A DNA stretch of 39,531 nt from IMG/VR virus record IMGVR_UViG_3300042393_000674, positions 1-39,531 of that record; one strand, 5' to 3'. The notes beneath the pieces were generated by a model that saw only the letters and a list, made by a program, of their open reading frames with translations, was not told the DNA's origin and ran no database searches. Each line of letters begins with the position of its first letter. Position 1 is the first letter of the stretch. A program made the translations under genes and the position numbers. Positions 29,501 to 37,698 of the stretch are shown here, piece by piece. This DNA comes from a virus. Its lineage: Duplodnaviria > Caudoviricetes.

Positions 29501-31088
29501 CTCCAGGCGACATAGCAAATATATACCATTTAAATAAAGCTTCTAGTTCACCTGTATTAGTATTTGTGTAATAAGGACCGGAGCTAACAGTAGTTTTAAA
29601 ACCTACATCAGATAGGGTAGGTGAAGCGTAATTGCCTAAATGATATGCTGGTAATGTTGACCAAGCTGTTTCGCCTTCTTTGCGTAAACGAACTTGAATT
29701 CCGCAAGTTGCTTCACTAATTTTTCCATCTTTTGTACTAATCCTGCGCATACCTTCTGGAAAGGTAAATGCAACATCAATATCTTCAGCAAAATCTGCTA
29801 GTGTAATAATTGCTGGAGGATTTCCATCTGTTGAATTATTAACTAGCTCAATCTGTGGAAACTGCTGCTCTACATCTGTTGGATATAGTTTATCAAATCT
29901 ATCTAAAGTTCCGTTTGTGGCTTCTTGTGGTAAACCGTATATAGTAACAGGTGTGGGGGTATCTTGACCCATGGTAGCTTGGCTAGTGTAGTAAACTTCT
30001 GATAAAGTTTTTGCACCTACGCGAATATCATCAACTGCTAGCGGTCCAAACCCCCATACAAGAGATAAATGTAATAAGCTAGTGTCTGTTAATGTTTCAA
30101 CGTAAGGAATTGCTCCAAGCATTGCGGTAACACGCATTTTTCCAAGCACAACAGGTATTGCGCCATAGCGATTGCTTTGATTTGCTGCACCGCTAAACGC
30201 GTTGACGGGTGCAGCACTTCCAGGATCTTTACCACTTAATGGGCGAATAGGAAAGGCGGCATTAATAAGCGCCATACCTGCCATATTAATAGCCATTGTA
30301 CCTACAATTTTACCTGTTGTAGTTACAGTTGCTGCTTCGGTATACCCTGCTACAACTGCTCCGCCTTCAGTTAGGCCCATTGCTGCACCTAGCTCTGCTC
30401 CGTATACGTTAGCTACATATATTAAAGCAATCATAGCAATCATACGGAAAGCTTCTTTGCCTTCAGGTATAACTTTATAGACAATTTGTTGTCCAGCCTG
30501 TACTCGAACTGAGTCCCACTCTGAGTGTGGAACCTTAACGCCGTCTAAAAATAATATTAATTTTTTAGCAAAGTAGTCGCTAATCTTGTAAGTATCAATT
30601 AAGTTTTGGGATACAGCAGATAGTGTAGACCCAGGAATAGCTATGTCTGTATAATTTGTTTGTTTAAAGGGGTGTGGCTTACCTGCTAGCATTGTGCTAG
30701 CTTGTGTACTGTACTTATAATAACCTTCGATGCGTTTAGCCCATTTAGGGCTATTAATAGATTCTACAACGCTATCCATGCCATCACGAGCATGTATAAA
30801 CTTTTCTTCTCCAACGTAAACGCCAACGTGAAAAGGTTCGCCTAATATATTGAATACTATAACGGAGCCGACTTCAGGCTTTGAGACTTGTGCCCAGTTA
30901 TTTTTATAAAGATCCATCATGCCAAGAATACGAGTATCGTAAGCACCTGAATACTCTTCAGTATAGCTAGGCAGTTCAATATCATACTCTTGTTTATAAA
31001 ATAAACGCACTAATCCCCAGCAGTCAATTCCGCTTTCATCTCTGCCGTTTGTGGCATAAGGTAATCCAATATATTTATTATACTTCAT
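26526..31088 (-). CDS. tail tip hub protein: NlpC/P60 (gpK-like) + gpI-like + gpJ-like host-specificity domains
   Basis: Start moved to ATG at 31088 (TAATG with the upstream stop). DCWGLV...HVGVY...IHA triad; YGAIPVVLG, NPA..YVL.HP, GDVVRVTHD gpJ-type motifs; C-terminal FN3-like domains. Confidence 0.85.
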   Translation of the reverse strand: MKYNKYIGLPYATNGRDESGIDCWGLVRLFYKQEYDIELPSYTEEYSGAYDTRILGMMDLYKNNWAQVSKPEVGSVIVFNILGEPFHVGVYVGEEKFIHARDGMDSVVESINSPKWAKRIEGYYKYSTQASTMLAGKPHPFKQTNYTDIAIPGSTLSAVSQNLIDTYKISDYFAKKLILFLDGVKVPHSEWDSVRVQAGQQIVYKVIPEGKEAFRMIAMIALIYVANVYGAELGAAMGLTEGGAVVAGYTEAATVTTTGKIVGTMAINMAGMALINAAFPIRPLSGKDPGSAAPVNAFSGAANQSNRYGAIPVVLGKMRVTAMLGAIPYVETLTDTSLLHLSLVWGFGPLAVDDIRVGAKTLSEVYYTSQATMGQDTPTPVTIYGLPQEATNGTLDRFDKLYPTDVEQQFPQIELVNNSTDGNPPAIITLADFAEDIDVAFTFPEGMRRISTKDGKISEATCGIQVRLRKEGETAWSTLPAYHLGNYASPTLSDVGFKTTVSSGPYYTNTNTGELEALFKWYIFAMSPGGGVEVFSGAATDVKTANPSPWLVTLYTQGSYASFVGTDNNTALRLPTIPNGYKKLHTICFQGVAYLPDDTISHLATTATTVVEGLALTSVLRAPQLDSSNQPVLDSDNNTLYTSDYIVTIGAGRFVDNSVAATTPQLIFSSTQFSTITQPSGVADWRGWNQFLKDYGVWDSNINNVNFDKTATVTFPKAGYYEIWGVADDEGSILIDGANLITLTKNAYGSLAKTWFYAEENSVHTVRMKAVNSQGGLKAAALGIWYTNNAGLNITNNMGGELIFGRDGFFSQRKDAFNFVYKMRGLPRAKYSLQILRTNNDVTEREEDPDYRYYTKAILYGVTGYNKQTLNSSNQLVPIRVVKNPPNCYLARTFIKLQSTNKINGSLEGVNALVQTKANVLNRQTNDWKTVDVTNNPAALFIYVLTHPANAYRVADNITDAANYIDLNALAEWFKFCEPMTYANGKYTKDTTKPWLTYNAVITSVSSVMDVLKDICSAGKASPNYIDGKWTVVIDKERSGVVQHFTPHNSWGFESTKILPRIPDAFRITIADEEKGYQANEYRVYNVGKNESNAELFEEISLPGVTNFAQAKHIAQWHMAQLKLRPEMYSLNVDFEYLVCNRGDVVRVTHDVPLWGNGSGRIKACQVNSINISLTEDVYLEAGKSYNIRVRTNTGASVLKTLTAISITGYYDTISLTTALITADNINPDDLFMLGEISKESQELVVLSIETSGNISAKLTLADYSPQIYTADLSGYLAYNSNITSTANYLVDSIIKEAPTIVSVNSDSAISEQITTGTYTNTAIVSYTNAPGLSKSAERVQLQVIAGDVMFDTASPSYYANKDTSSIFVQQLTSGIIYKARVRYTNGSGTIVGPWSDTFWFTNAGKTINGSAAPLLTLDLDRTFVVVKPDVTLQTPDFLTYEYRLFKDTGIEDFWELDLITNNIKVIKSTGEARFDLREQPRPRLSQSGVTYRVACRALDKQGNYSTISTLGTIVVRTIT

Positions 31089-31615
31089 TAGAATAGTCCT
31101 GGAAAGTTGGCTGGAGTGAACGTAAAGCAAGGAAATGGTTCACGACTAAGGCTAACCATATTTAAATCAAAAGTTATCTGATCTGCACTGTAAGTAACAC
31201 TAGTTATTTTAAAACCTGAAAAGCTGGTTTCAATGCGATCAGGAGTACTAGCTAATACTAGATCAATTTGTACACTAACAGGGGTCGTTAAATACGTACG
31301 AATCAATTCAATAGCTTCTTTGGTAACAAAATTTAAAACTAAGCTACACTGTGCCGCTCCAGTTTCTTGTTCTCCTGGTAGCGATAGTTGCATAGGCAAA
31401 AATACGTAATCTTTTGAATTACTAGTTACACCGTAAACTATTTCGTTGTCTGTTGTAAGTGAGGCAATACGATTCGTGTAGCCATCTGCTAAACGAATAG
31501 GAGCTGTAAGATCTGCTGGATTAGTAATAGTAATCAATAAAATTAGTGCCTCAGGAGTTTCCGAGGCAAACATTGCTCTAACAGCAGATTGGGATAAGCT
31601 ATTTAGTCTGCTCAT
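31088..31615 (-). CDS. minor tail-tip protein (DUF1833 / gpL-position)
   Basis: LLITITNP..PIRL, FLPMQLSLP, EPFP..FTPANFPGLF C-terminus; lies between Dit and NlpC/P60. Confidence 0.75.
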   Translation of the reverse strand: MSRLNSLSQSAVRAMFASETPEALILLITITNPADLTAPIRLADGYTNRIASLTTDNEIVYGVTSNSKDYVFLPMQLSLPGEQETGAAQCSLVLNFVTKEAIELIRTYLTTPVSVQIDLVLASTPDRIETSFSGFKITSVTYSADQITFDLNMVSLSREPFPCFTFTPANFPGLF

Positions 31616-31998
31616 GGCATTACTTCAAATTTAAGACCGGTAGACCAGTATCCTGGTGCCACATATTGACAACTAAAAAACTCGCCACCATTACCAGGTA
31701 CAATTCGTACTTCTACGGTTGTACCAAGTATTCTTGGATGTGGAAAAATAAAACGATTAGTACCACTAATTCCGGGTGGAACAGCAGTAGGTAAATTTTT
31801 AATAAACGCTTCTAGTGTTTGCGTTTGTGCAGTAGTCATTAAAAAGTTTACATTCATTTCATTAGGACGACTAGTCCTGCGTCTTTGTTTCGCAGGACCA
31901 GCATCTGTTTGTGAACGTATAATATTAATTCCAATTGATTCAGTAAAGCCTTTTTGAGGCACTTGCGGAAGCGTTGTAGGCCATAGTAATACTGCCAT
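31612..31998 (-). CDS. distal tail protein (Dit / gpM-position)
   Basis: WPTTLP...IRSQTDAGPAKQRRR motif; directly after the tape measure. Confidence 0.75.
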   Translation of the reverse strand: MAVLLWPTTLPQVPQKGFTESIGINIIRSQTDAGPAKQRRRTSRPNEMNVNFLMTTAQTQTLEAFIKNLPTAVPPGISGTNRFIFPHPRILGTTVEVRIVPGNGGEFFSCQYVAPGYWSTGLKFEVMP

Positions 31999-32001
31999 TT
32001 A

Positions 32002-35000
32002 TTATCTCCTTGCCACTAGGGGTGATGTGCCGTAGCTGGCTGTCATTGCTTGTTGAGTGTTTGAGCCTACGCGATTTAATTCGCCTGCTACCATATCCCC
32101 AATCATTACTTCGATACGACGATTTCCACGTGAATCTGTGGTTTCTTTGGTAGTTGCTTTTTCGCTTCCATAGTTGTTAACAACTACATCGACCTTACTG
32201 CCACCACCACGAACTCCTAAATTACCATTGTTGTCCCGCTTTAGGGGCATAATGGCTTCGGGGCCTGCTTCGCCCATCATGCCAGTGCCTTTAGCAAACT
32301 TGAATAAAGTTGGCTCAGTAACAATTGAATTAGTAAACATTCCGCCTTTGGCAAACGTTTTTAAACCAGCATCATAAACACCGCCTTTAGCAACAAAATC
32401 TAATGGATCAGCACCGCCCCCGCCCATACCAAAACGGCTACTTGGTGTCATGCTAAAAGCAGAAATTAGCAACTTTGTTAATCCGCCAACACCGCCCATT
32501 CCTGAGAATAATGCTATTTGTTGTTGTTGTATTTCGTAACGTAATAAGCCTTCTATAAAACTGTTAATCATGTCTTTGAAACTTAACTTACCAGTTTTAG
32601 TAAAGTTAACAATAGCATCTTCCATACCTTTAAAGGCGTTCTTAAATAATTCAGTATATGCTAGCTGTCTGTTAGTAGTGTCTCTTTGAACTTCAGCACT
32701 TTTAATTTGCGCGTCCGTTACTAGTAAAATTGCTGATCTTTGAGCCCCTAGATTTTCTAATAGTCGTGCACGTGCTGTCTCGTCATCTGTTTTTCTCTGA
32801 CCTACATAAGTTCCGCCTGCTGCAGCTTTATCACGGTCTAATTTTTCAATTTCTTGATTGTATGCACGTTGAGCTGCACTTAATTGCTTGGTTTGCTCTA
32901 GTTTTGCCTCTTCGACTTTTAATATGTTTAATTTCGTTCTTAAAGACTCGTCATCAAGCAGGCCCAGTTGACCCTGCAAAGTTAAATTATCTTGGGCTAT
33001 CTTATTGATTGAGATTTCTTTGTCTAAAGCAGCAGAACTAACAATAAACGCTTGCTCAGAAGTTTTGATTTCGCGGTCTTTGATACCTAAAGCTGATGAA
33101 ACGCTTGTAAGTTTTCTTGCTGCAGCATCTGCTTGATCTCGCTCTTCTTTGGTCAATCCTTTTGCTATATCAGCATTTTGTTTGACATATTCTAAATTCT
33201 TTTTAGCTTCTTCTGACAGCAAGAGTCCTTGGACCGCTTCTGCTTTCTTTACTGCTAAGCTAGATTTTTCGCTTTCTATTTGAATAGCGAGTTTTGATTT
33301 TTGCAGTGTAAAAGCTTCATTATCTGCGTTAAAAGCAGCTTCAGTCATTGATTCTTTTTTAGCTGCAAGTGCTGCTTGATCTTGGTCAATTTTTCGTTGC
33401 TGATCTCCCAGCTCTTTTAACTTGTTAAAACTTTCACCATCAAGTTTGTCAAGTTTAGTTTTTAAATCAACCATTTTTTCTGTATTATCTAACGCTTGCA
33501 GTTGTTGTTGTACCGCAGCACGTGCTTGAGCTGAGCCCACAACTTCGCTTAAACCTCTCAAAGTGCTTGCTGGGGCAATGCCACCAAGTTGGCCTGTGTC
33601 ACGGCCAGCGGATGCAGTTTCAGCGCGTAGTTGAGTAAGAGTTTTTCCTCTATTTTCTTTAATACTAGTAATAAGTCTTCTGTCATCTGCTAAATCTCTG
33701 TTAGCAGGATTGCGAAGTATTGCGTTTTCAAGATCACCACCTTCTAGTCCTGAAAGACCTCTGTCTCTTAACTTGCTTTCAAAAGCAGATTCCAGTATAG
33801 CTAAACGTAAGTTATCAGTAGAGTCTATTAAGCTCATCTGCACTTTTAATAAACTTCTATCTATCTTAATTGCTTCAAGATCAATTCTCTGTTGAATTTC
33901 TGCTTTTAATACAGGATCTGCTACACCACCTAAAGCTGCTTTCTGAAGTTCTAGACCAGCTTTTGCTGCTGCTGCAACTAAGTTTGAGGTAAAAGTGTCA
34001 ATATTAGCTAATAAACCTTCTCTCATTGCGGTTGAAAATTTTGCTTGAGCACTCTGTAGTGAAATGCCAATAGTATTTCTTGTAGTATCTAGTCCAGTAT
34101 TTGCTTCTTTAAGACGCTTTACGGCATCCGTAGCTTGTTCAAATTCTGTGGCCGCAATACCAGTAAGACTATCTCTACGACGGCCAGCATATTTATTTAG
34201 AATAGCTTGTTGATCAATTATAGCATTGTTGTATAGTGTCTGTCTACGTTCTACTTCTGCTAATTCTGTGCTAAGAATTTTTAACTCACCTGAGGTTGAT
34301 AAGATATTCTTTGCAGCCTCTAATGGGAATAGTTGTAAAAAATTAATGTCTGTACTAAGTCTAGTTAGTTCGGTAAGTTTTTCTGGTAAATTTGCACCTT
34401 CTAATGCATTATTTAACTCTAAGATCTTTTTTGTGCTTTCTTCTGCAAACTTAGTTAATGGAGTAGCGTTTTTAGTAGTATTTATAAGGTCTTGATAAAT
34501 CTTACTGCTTTCTGCTAGACCTTCTCTAAAAGTTTTAAGAGAACCTGCAGAAGCTACTGCTTTTTTACCTGCATCCTCTATAACTTTAGCAACAGCACCT
34601 CTTATAGCAGGGCTAGAGTTAGCTAAAGCTTTTTCAATTGCTTTTAAAGAAGATTCAGCAGGTAGCTCTAATAGCTCTGCAATTTCTTGCTGTATAGCGG
34701 TACCATTAGCAGATAACTTTATAGCATTCTCTAATGAGTTGCCTATTTGTTTTGCTAATAATTGTTCCGAGCTACGGCCTATAATACTTGACAAAAAGTT
34801 GATAGTACTGTCAGCCCAATTGCGGTTCTTTATTTCTGTTTCAATATCTGTGAAAGCTTTAGACATACTTGTGCCTAAGCTTTCAAGAGCTGTTCCTTTG
34901 GCAAATATATTATCTACAGAGATTCGTTCTAGTGGATCTAATTTGCTTAATCTTTCTAAAACTCGGAAAGCGTTTTCTGAGTTTTCTTTTAATAAGTCTA

Positions 35001-36732
35001 GTGAGCTTGAAAATCTTGCAGCAGCTTCCTCGTTACTACGAAATAATGGGAGTGCAGCGGTTAGTACTCCTATACCGATACCTACAGGTCCTAAGAACCT
35101 ACTTAACCCTGATACAGCAGTACCAATTGAACCTGCACTTGCAATAACAATACCTGCAATACCTGTTCGTACTTTATTTAATTTACCAGGTAATGTGTCG
35201 AGATCCTTCATCATCATACTAATAGCAGGACCAAAACCTTGTTCTCTTTGATTTACGCTTACATTACTTAATATGTCTAATCTTGTGGCTTTGTCGCGAG
35301 CACCTTTAGCAGCACTAGTACGTAAAAAGTCTCCTGCTCTTTCAAACATACTACCACCACTTGCTTTAGTTAATGCTGCATCTTGTGCTGCGTTAAGAGC
35401 CCTCATATCGTTGCGTAGCGCAAGAATTACTGCTCGCTCTTTTTCAAGAGCTAAAATTTGGGCATTGTTTATGTCTAAACCCTGTCGTCTTAATGCATTT
35501 ATTTCTTTACTATATCTGGTTTGCTCTGATCTTAAAGTTTTATCATCAGTTCCAGCACCCCCTTTAAGCAGCTTTTTGGAAAGATCTGTATCCATTGTAG
35601 CCATTTTAGCTCGGCTAGCACGATATGCTTCTTCTGATTTCTTTAAATTAGCTTCTAACTGAGGTACTTTAAACGCTGCGTTTGTGCGTTCAACAAAGCC
35701 TTCGCCAAAACTTGCAGCAATATCTGAACTGCGTTTGCGAGCCTCATCAGCTGCATCTTTTAATCCTGAGCGCCATTGGCCAATAGCGGGTAACGCATCT
35801 TTTACAATTTTAGCACCAATTAACGCAATAGCACCTACTAATAAGCCCGTGTTATTAGATAGTAATTTAGCAAAAGGTGCTAGTACGTTATTTACAATTT
35901 CTAATCCTGCTTGAGCTACATTCTTTAGGGTAGCTAATAACTTATCATAAGGATTAGTAGGAATATCAATTTGTCCAAATTTCTTTGCACCTTCCTCAAG
36001 CACTGAGTTAGCAAAAGCTTGACGACGTTCAAAGTCTGTTAGTGCCGAAACTGGTTTACCAATAGCACGTGCATAATCTTCAGTAGCTTTACCAACTTTA
36101 GTAAAGATACCCAATTCGTCTAGCAATTCAGGCTCTAGTTTAGTAATACCGCGAGTCAAACGACTAACGGCATCCGACATATTAACGCCTAATGCCTGCG
36201 AAGCTTTCTTAGCAACATCACCCAGTTTTAAAAATTGTGCTTGTGACAATCCACTGGAAACTGCTTTTGCTGTTGCTTCCATAGATTCACGTAAGCTAAT
36301 AGCTCCACCACTAGCTTCTGAAAAACGTTTTGCTAAACCACCCATGGCTACACCGCTGGCAGCACCTAGTTGGTTTAAACCAGCAATCATATTTGTGGTA
36401 TTCATAGCTTCGCTAAGTGCGCGAAAAGCAGCACCTGCGGCAAAGATGTTAGCAGCATACACAGCATATAAACGAACTAAACCGTCTAGTTCGCGCGATT
36501 GTTTTGCAAAATCACGACCGCTTGCACCTGTGCCTACAGTTCCGCGAGCTGTATTATATTCAGTTTGACCAAACGCAGCGGCTGCAGATCTTGTTCCACC
36601 ACCGCCTCTAGTACCCTTCATTAACTCTTGAGTACGCTCAAGGGTTTTATTTAAGCGTTTGCCTGAAGCATCTACTCCGTCAACCGACTTTGTTGCGTCT
36701 TTTAGCTCAAAGCCTACAGTTATTTTTGACAT
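32002..36732 (-). CDS. tape measure protein (1576 aa)
   Basis: Ala/Leu/Lys/Glu-rich helical sequence with hydrophobic patches; follows the chaperones; YAVYAANIFA..LEPELLDELGI N-terminal region; FAKGG..GEAGPEAIMPL C-terminus; AAGGAGG RBS. Confidence 0.95.
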   Translation of the reverse strand: MSKITVGFELKDATKSVDGVDASGKRLNKTLERTQELMKGTRGGGGTRSAAAAFGQTEYNTARGTVGTGASGRDFAKQSRELDGLVRLYAVYAANIFAAGAAFRALSEAMNTTNMIAGLNQLGAASGVAMGGLAKRFSEASGGAISLRESMEATAKAVSSGLSQAQFLKLGDVAKKASQALGVNMSDAVSRLTRGITKLEPELLDELGIFTKVGKATEDYARAIGKPVSALTDFERRQAFANSVLEEGAKKFGQIDIPTNPYDKLLATLKNVAQAGLEIVNNVLAPFAKLLSNNTGLLVGAIALIGAKIVKDALPAIGQWRSGLKDAADEARKRSSDIAASFGEGFVERTNAAFKVPQLEANLKKSEEAYRASRAKMATMDTDLSKKLLKGGAGTDDKTLRSEQTRYSKEINALRRQGLDINNAQILALEKERAVILALRNDMRALNAAQDAALTKASGGSMFERAGDFLRTSAAKGARDKATRLDILSNVSVNQREQGFGPAISMMMKDLDTLPGKLNKVRTGIAGIVIASAGSIGTAVSGLSRFLGPVGIGIGVLTAALPLFRSNEEAAARFSSSLDLLKENSENAFRVLERLSKLDPLERISVDNIFAKGTALESLGTSMSKAFTDIETEIKNRNWADSTINFLSSIIGRSSEQLLAKQIGNSLENAIKLSANGTAIQQEIAELLELPAESSLKAIEKALANSSPAIRGAVAKVIEDAGKKAVASAGSLKTFREGLAESSKIYQDLINTTKNATPLTKFAEESTKKILELNNALEGANLPEKLTELTRLSTDINFLQLFPLEAAKNILSTSGELKILSTELAEVERRQTLYNNAIIDQQAILNKYAGRRRDSLTGIAATEFEQATDAVKRLKEANTGLDTTRNTIGISLQSAQAKFSTAMREGLLANIDTFTSNLVAAAAKAGLELQKAALGGVADPVLKAEIQQRIDLEAIKIDRSLLKVQMSLIDSTDNLRLAILESAFESKLRDRGLSGLEGGDLENAILRNPANRDLADDRRLITSIKENRGKTLTQLRAETASAGRDTGQLGGIAPASTLRGLSEVVGSAQARAAVQQQLQALDNTEKMVDLKTKLDKLDGESFNKLKELGDQQRKIDQDQAALAAKKESMTEAAFNADNEAFTLQKSKLAIQIESEKSSLAVKKAEAVQGLLLSEEAKKNLEYVKQNADIAKGLTKEERDQADAAARKLTSVSSALGIKDREIKTSEQAFIVSSAALDKEISINKIAQDNLTLQGQLGLLDDESLRTKLNILKVEEAKLEQTKQLSAAQRAYNQEIEKLDRDKAAAGGTYVGQRKTDDETARARLLENLGAQRSAILLVTDAQIKSAEVQRDTTNRQLAYTELFKNAFKGMEDAIVNFTKTGKLSFKDMINSFIEGLLRYEIQQQQIALFSGMGGVGGLTKLLISAFSMTPSSRFGMGGGGADPLDFVAKGGVYDAGLKTFAKGGMFTNSIVTEPTLFKFAKGTGMMGEAGPEAIMPLKRDNNGNLGVRGGGSKVDVVVNNYGSEKATTKETTDSRGNRRIEVMIGDMVAGELNRVGSNTQQAMTASYGTSPLVARR

Positions 36733-36796
36733 TAAGCCCCCTCCTTGAATGGTTAAGTGGCATTATTAAAAAATTTAGATATTTTTCATTAGGACC

Positions 36797-36825
36797 ATTA
36801 TAGCACATATGGTCAAAATTGTCAA
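36797..36825 (-). promoter_or_regulatory. sigma70 consensus promoter for the tape measure/tail-tip operon
   Basis: TTGACA (36825-36820), 17 bp spacer, TATAAT (36802-36797), with a TG extended -10 and AT-rich upstream DNA. Confidence 0.9.
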
Positions 36826-36845
36826 TATCTAAAATTTCAAAGCAT

Positions 36846-36878
36846 AAAAAAGCCCACTAAATTACTTAGCGGGCTTTT
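36846..36878 (-). terminator. intrinsic terminator overlapping the chaperone stop codon
   Basis: GCCCGCTAA-GTAAT-TTAGTGGGC stem (one G-U pair) followed by TTTTTT. Confidence 0.85.
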
Positions 36879-37248
36879 CAAGTTTTTGTTTATTATTGAT
36901 CTCTTGTATTCTTACACCGTCTATGGTGCGTACAAGCATAGTTATAAACTTTCTATCTTCTTGATCAATTTCTGTAGCTTCTAAAACTTCTGAAATACCG
37001 ATTAGTGATTTACCTAAGTAAATACCATTCATTGAATCCCACTCATCTCGAAGCATCCTATATGCAATTAGTGCTTGTTGAACTTCCAGCGGAAAGTCTT
37101 CAAACTCCACAGGAATTTCGCTATCCGCAGGTTCATTGCCTAAAGCTTCACACATTTCAAAGTATGCTTCTTTTGACATTGCAACACTGTTATTTTGCAT
37201 ATAATTTGTGAGCAACCCAGTAACTCGACTTAGTTGCTCTTCGAAAAG
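36862..37248 (-). CDS. tail assembly chaperone, C-terminal (gpT-like) part reached by -1 frameshift
   Basis: The frame is open from the slippery site into the listed 36862..37215 ORF (LFEEQLSRVTGLLTNYMQ...); the listed start is only TTG; predicted fusion is 259 aa. Confidence 0.8.
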   Translation of the reverse strand, partial: LFEEQLSRVTGLLTNYMQNNSVAMSKEAYFEMCEALGNEPADSEIPVEFEDFPLEVQQALIAYRMLRDEWDSMNGIYLGKSLIGISEVLEATEIDQEDRKFITMLVRTIDGVRIQEINNKQKLEKPAK

Positions 37249-37640
37249 TTTCCCAAATCTGAGACCTGTTCACTAATAAAGCCATCAAAGTTACTTGAGT
37301 TTTTCATCAAGTACAGTGCGTTTTCAGAAGTAAAACCTAGTTCATCATCAGGTTTTTGACCTGTTAGATCAACAGGTGCAAGTTGTTCAAGATAGGATAA
37401 TTTAAGTCCTGTCCAACCTTTAACGGCTGCTTCAACATAGAGTTGCAAGAACAAGTCTTCATTAAACTCTTCTGTGGCTTGACGATTTTTAAAGGAAGTT
37501 TTTGTTGATTTCTTACGAATGTTAAGCAGTGTTTCGCGGCTTAAAAATGCAAGATTGACTTTGAAGCCAGGCATGCCTGGATATTCAACTTCAACAGATT
37601 TACTTGGAACTAAAAGGGATTTTAAAGAAATTTCAGACAT
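37230..37640 (-). CDS. tail assembly chaperone (gpG-like)
   Basis: Between tail tube and tape measure; slippery heptamer near the 3' end. Confidence 0.85.
   Translation of the reverse strand: MSEISLKSLLVPSKSVEVEYPGMPGFKVNLAFLSRETLLNIRKKSTKTSFKNRQATEEFNEDLFLQLYVEAAVKGWTGLKLSYLEQLAPVDLTGQKPDDELGFTSENALYLMKNSSNFDGFISEQVSDLGNFSKSN
37248..37254 (-). other. programmed -1 ribosomal frameshift site G GGA AAC
   Basis: X XXY YYZ heptamer in the correct phase (TTG GGA AAC); the -1 frame is continuous with the downstream ORF. Confidence 0.85.
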
Positions 37641-37654
37641 ATTTTTATTATTTG

Positions 37655-37688
37655 TGAATACAATGGGCTAAGCACCATGCTTAGCCCA
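37655..37688 (-). terminator. hairpin after the tail tube gene; weak terminator or mRNA stabiliser
   Basis: Perfect 11-bp stem TGGGCTAAGCA-TGG-TGCTTAGCCCA followed by an interrupted T tract (TTGTATT). Confidence 0.65.
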
Positions 37689-37698
37689 GATCAGTTTA

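Noticed and set aside
31089-31130. Upstream start for the 1534-aa ORF
   Set aside because: It overlaps the previous gene; ATG at 31088 gives TAATG coupling and starts at the NlpC/P60 domain.
301-37211. All plus-strand ORFs and the short alternative-frame minus-strand ORFs in the track
   Set aside because: They lie within long minus-strand genes, lack recognisable motifs and are explained as antisense or shadow frames of biased codon usage.
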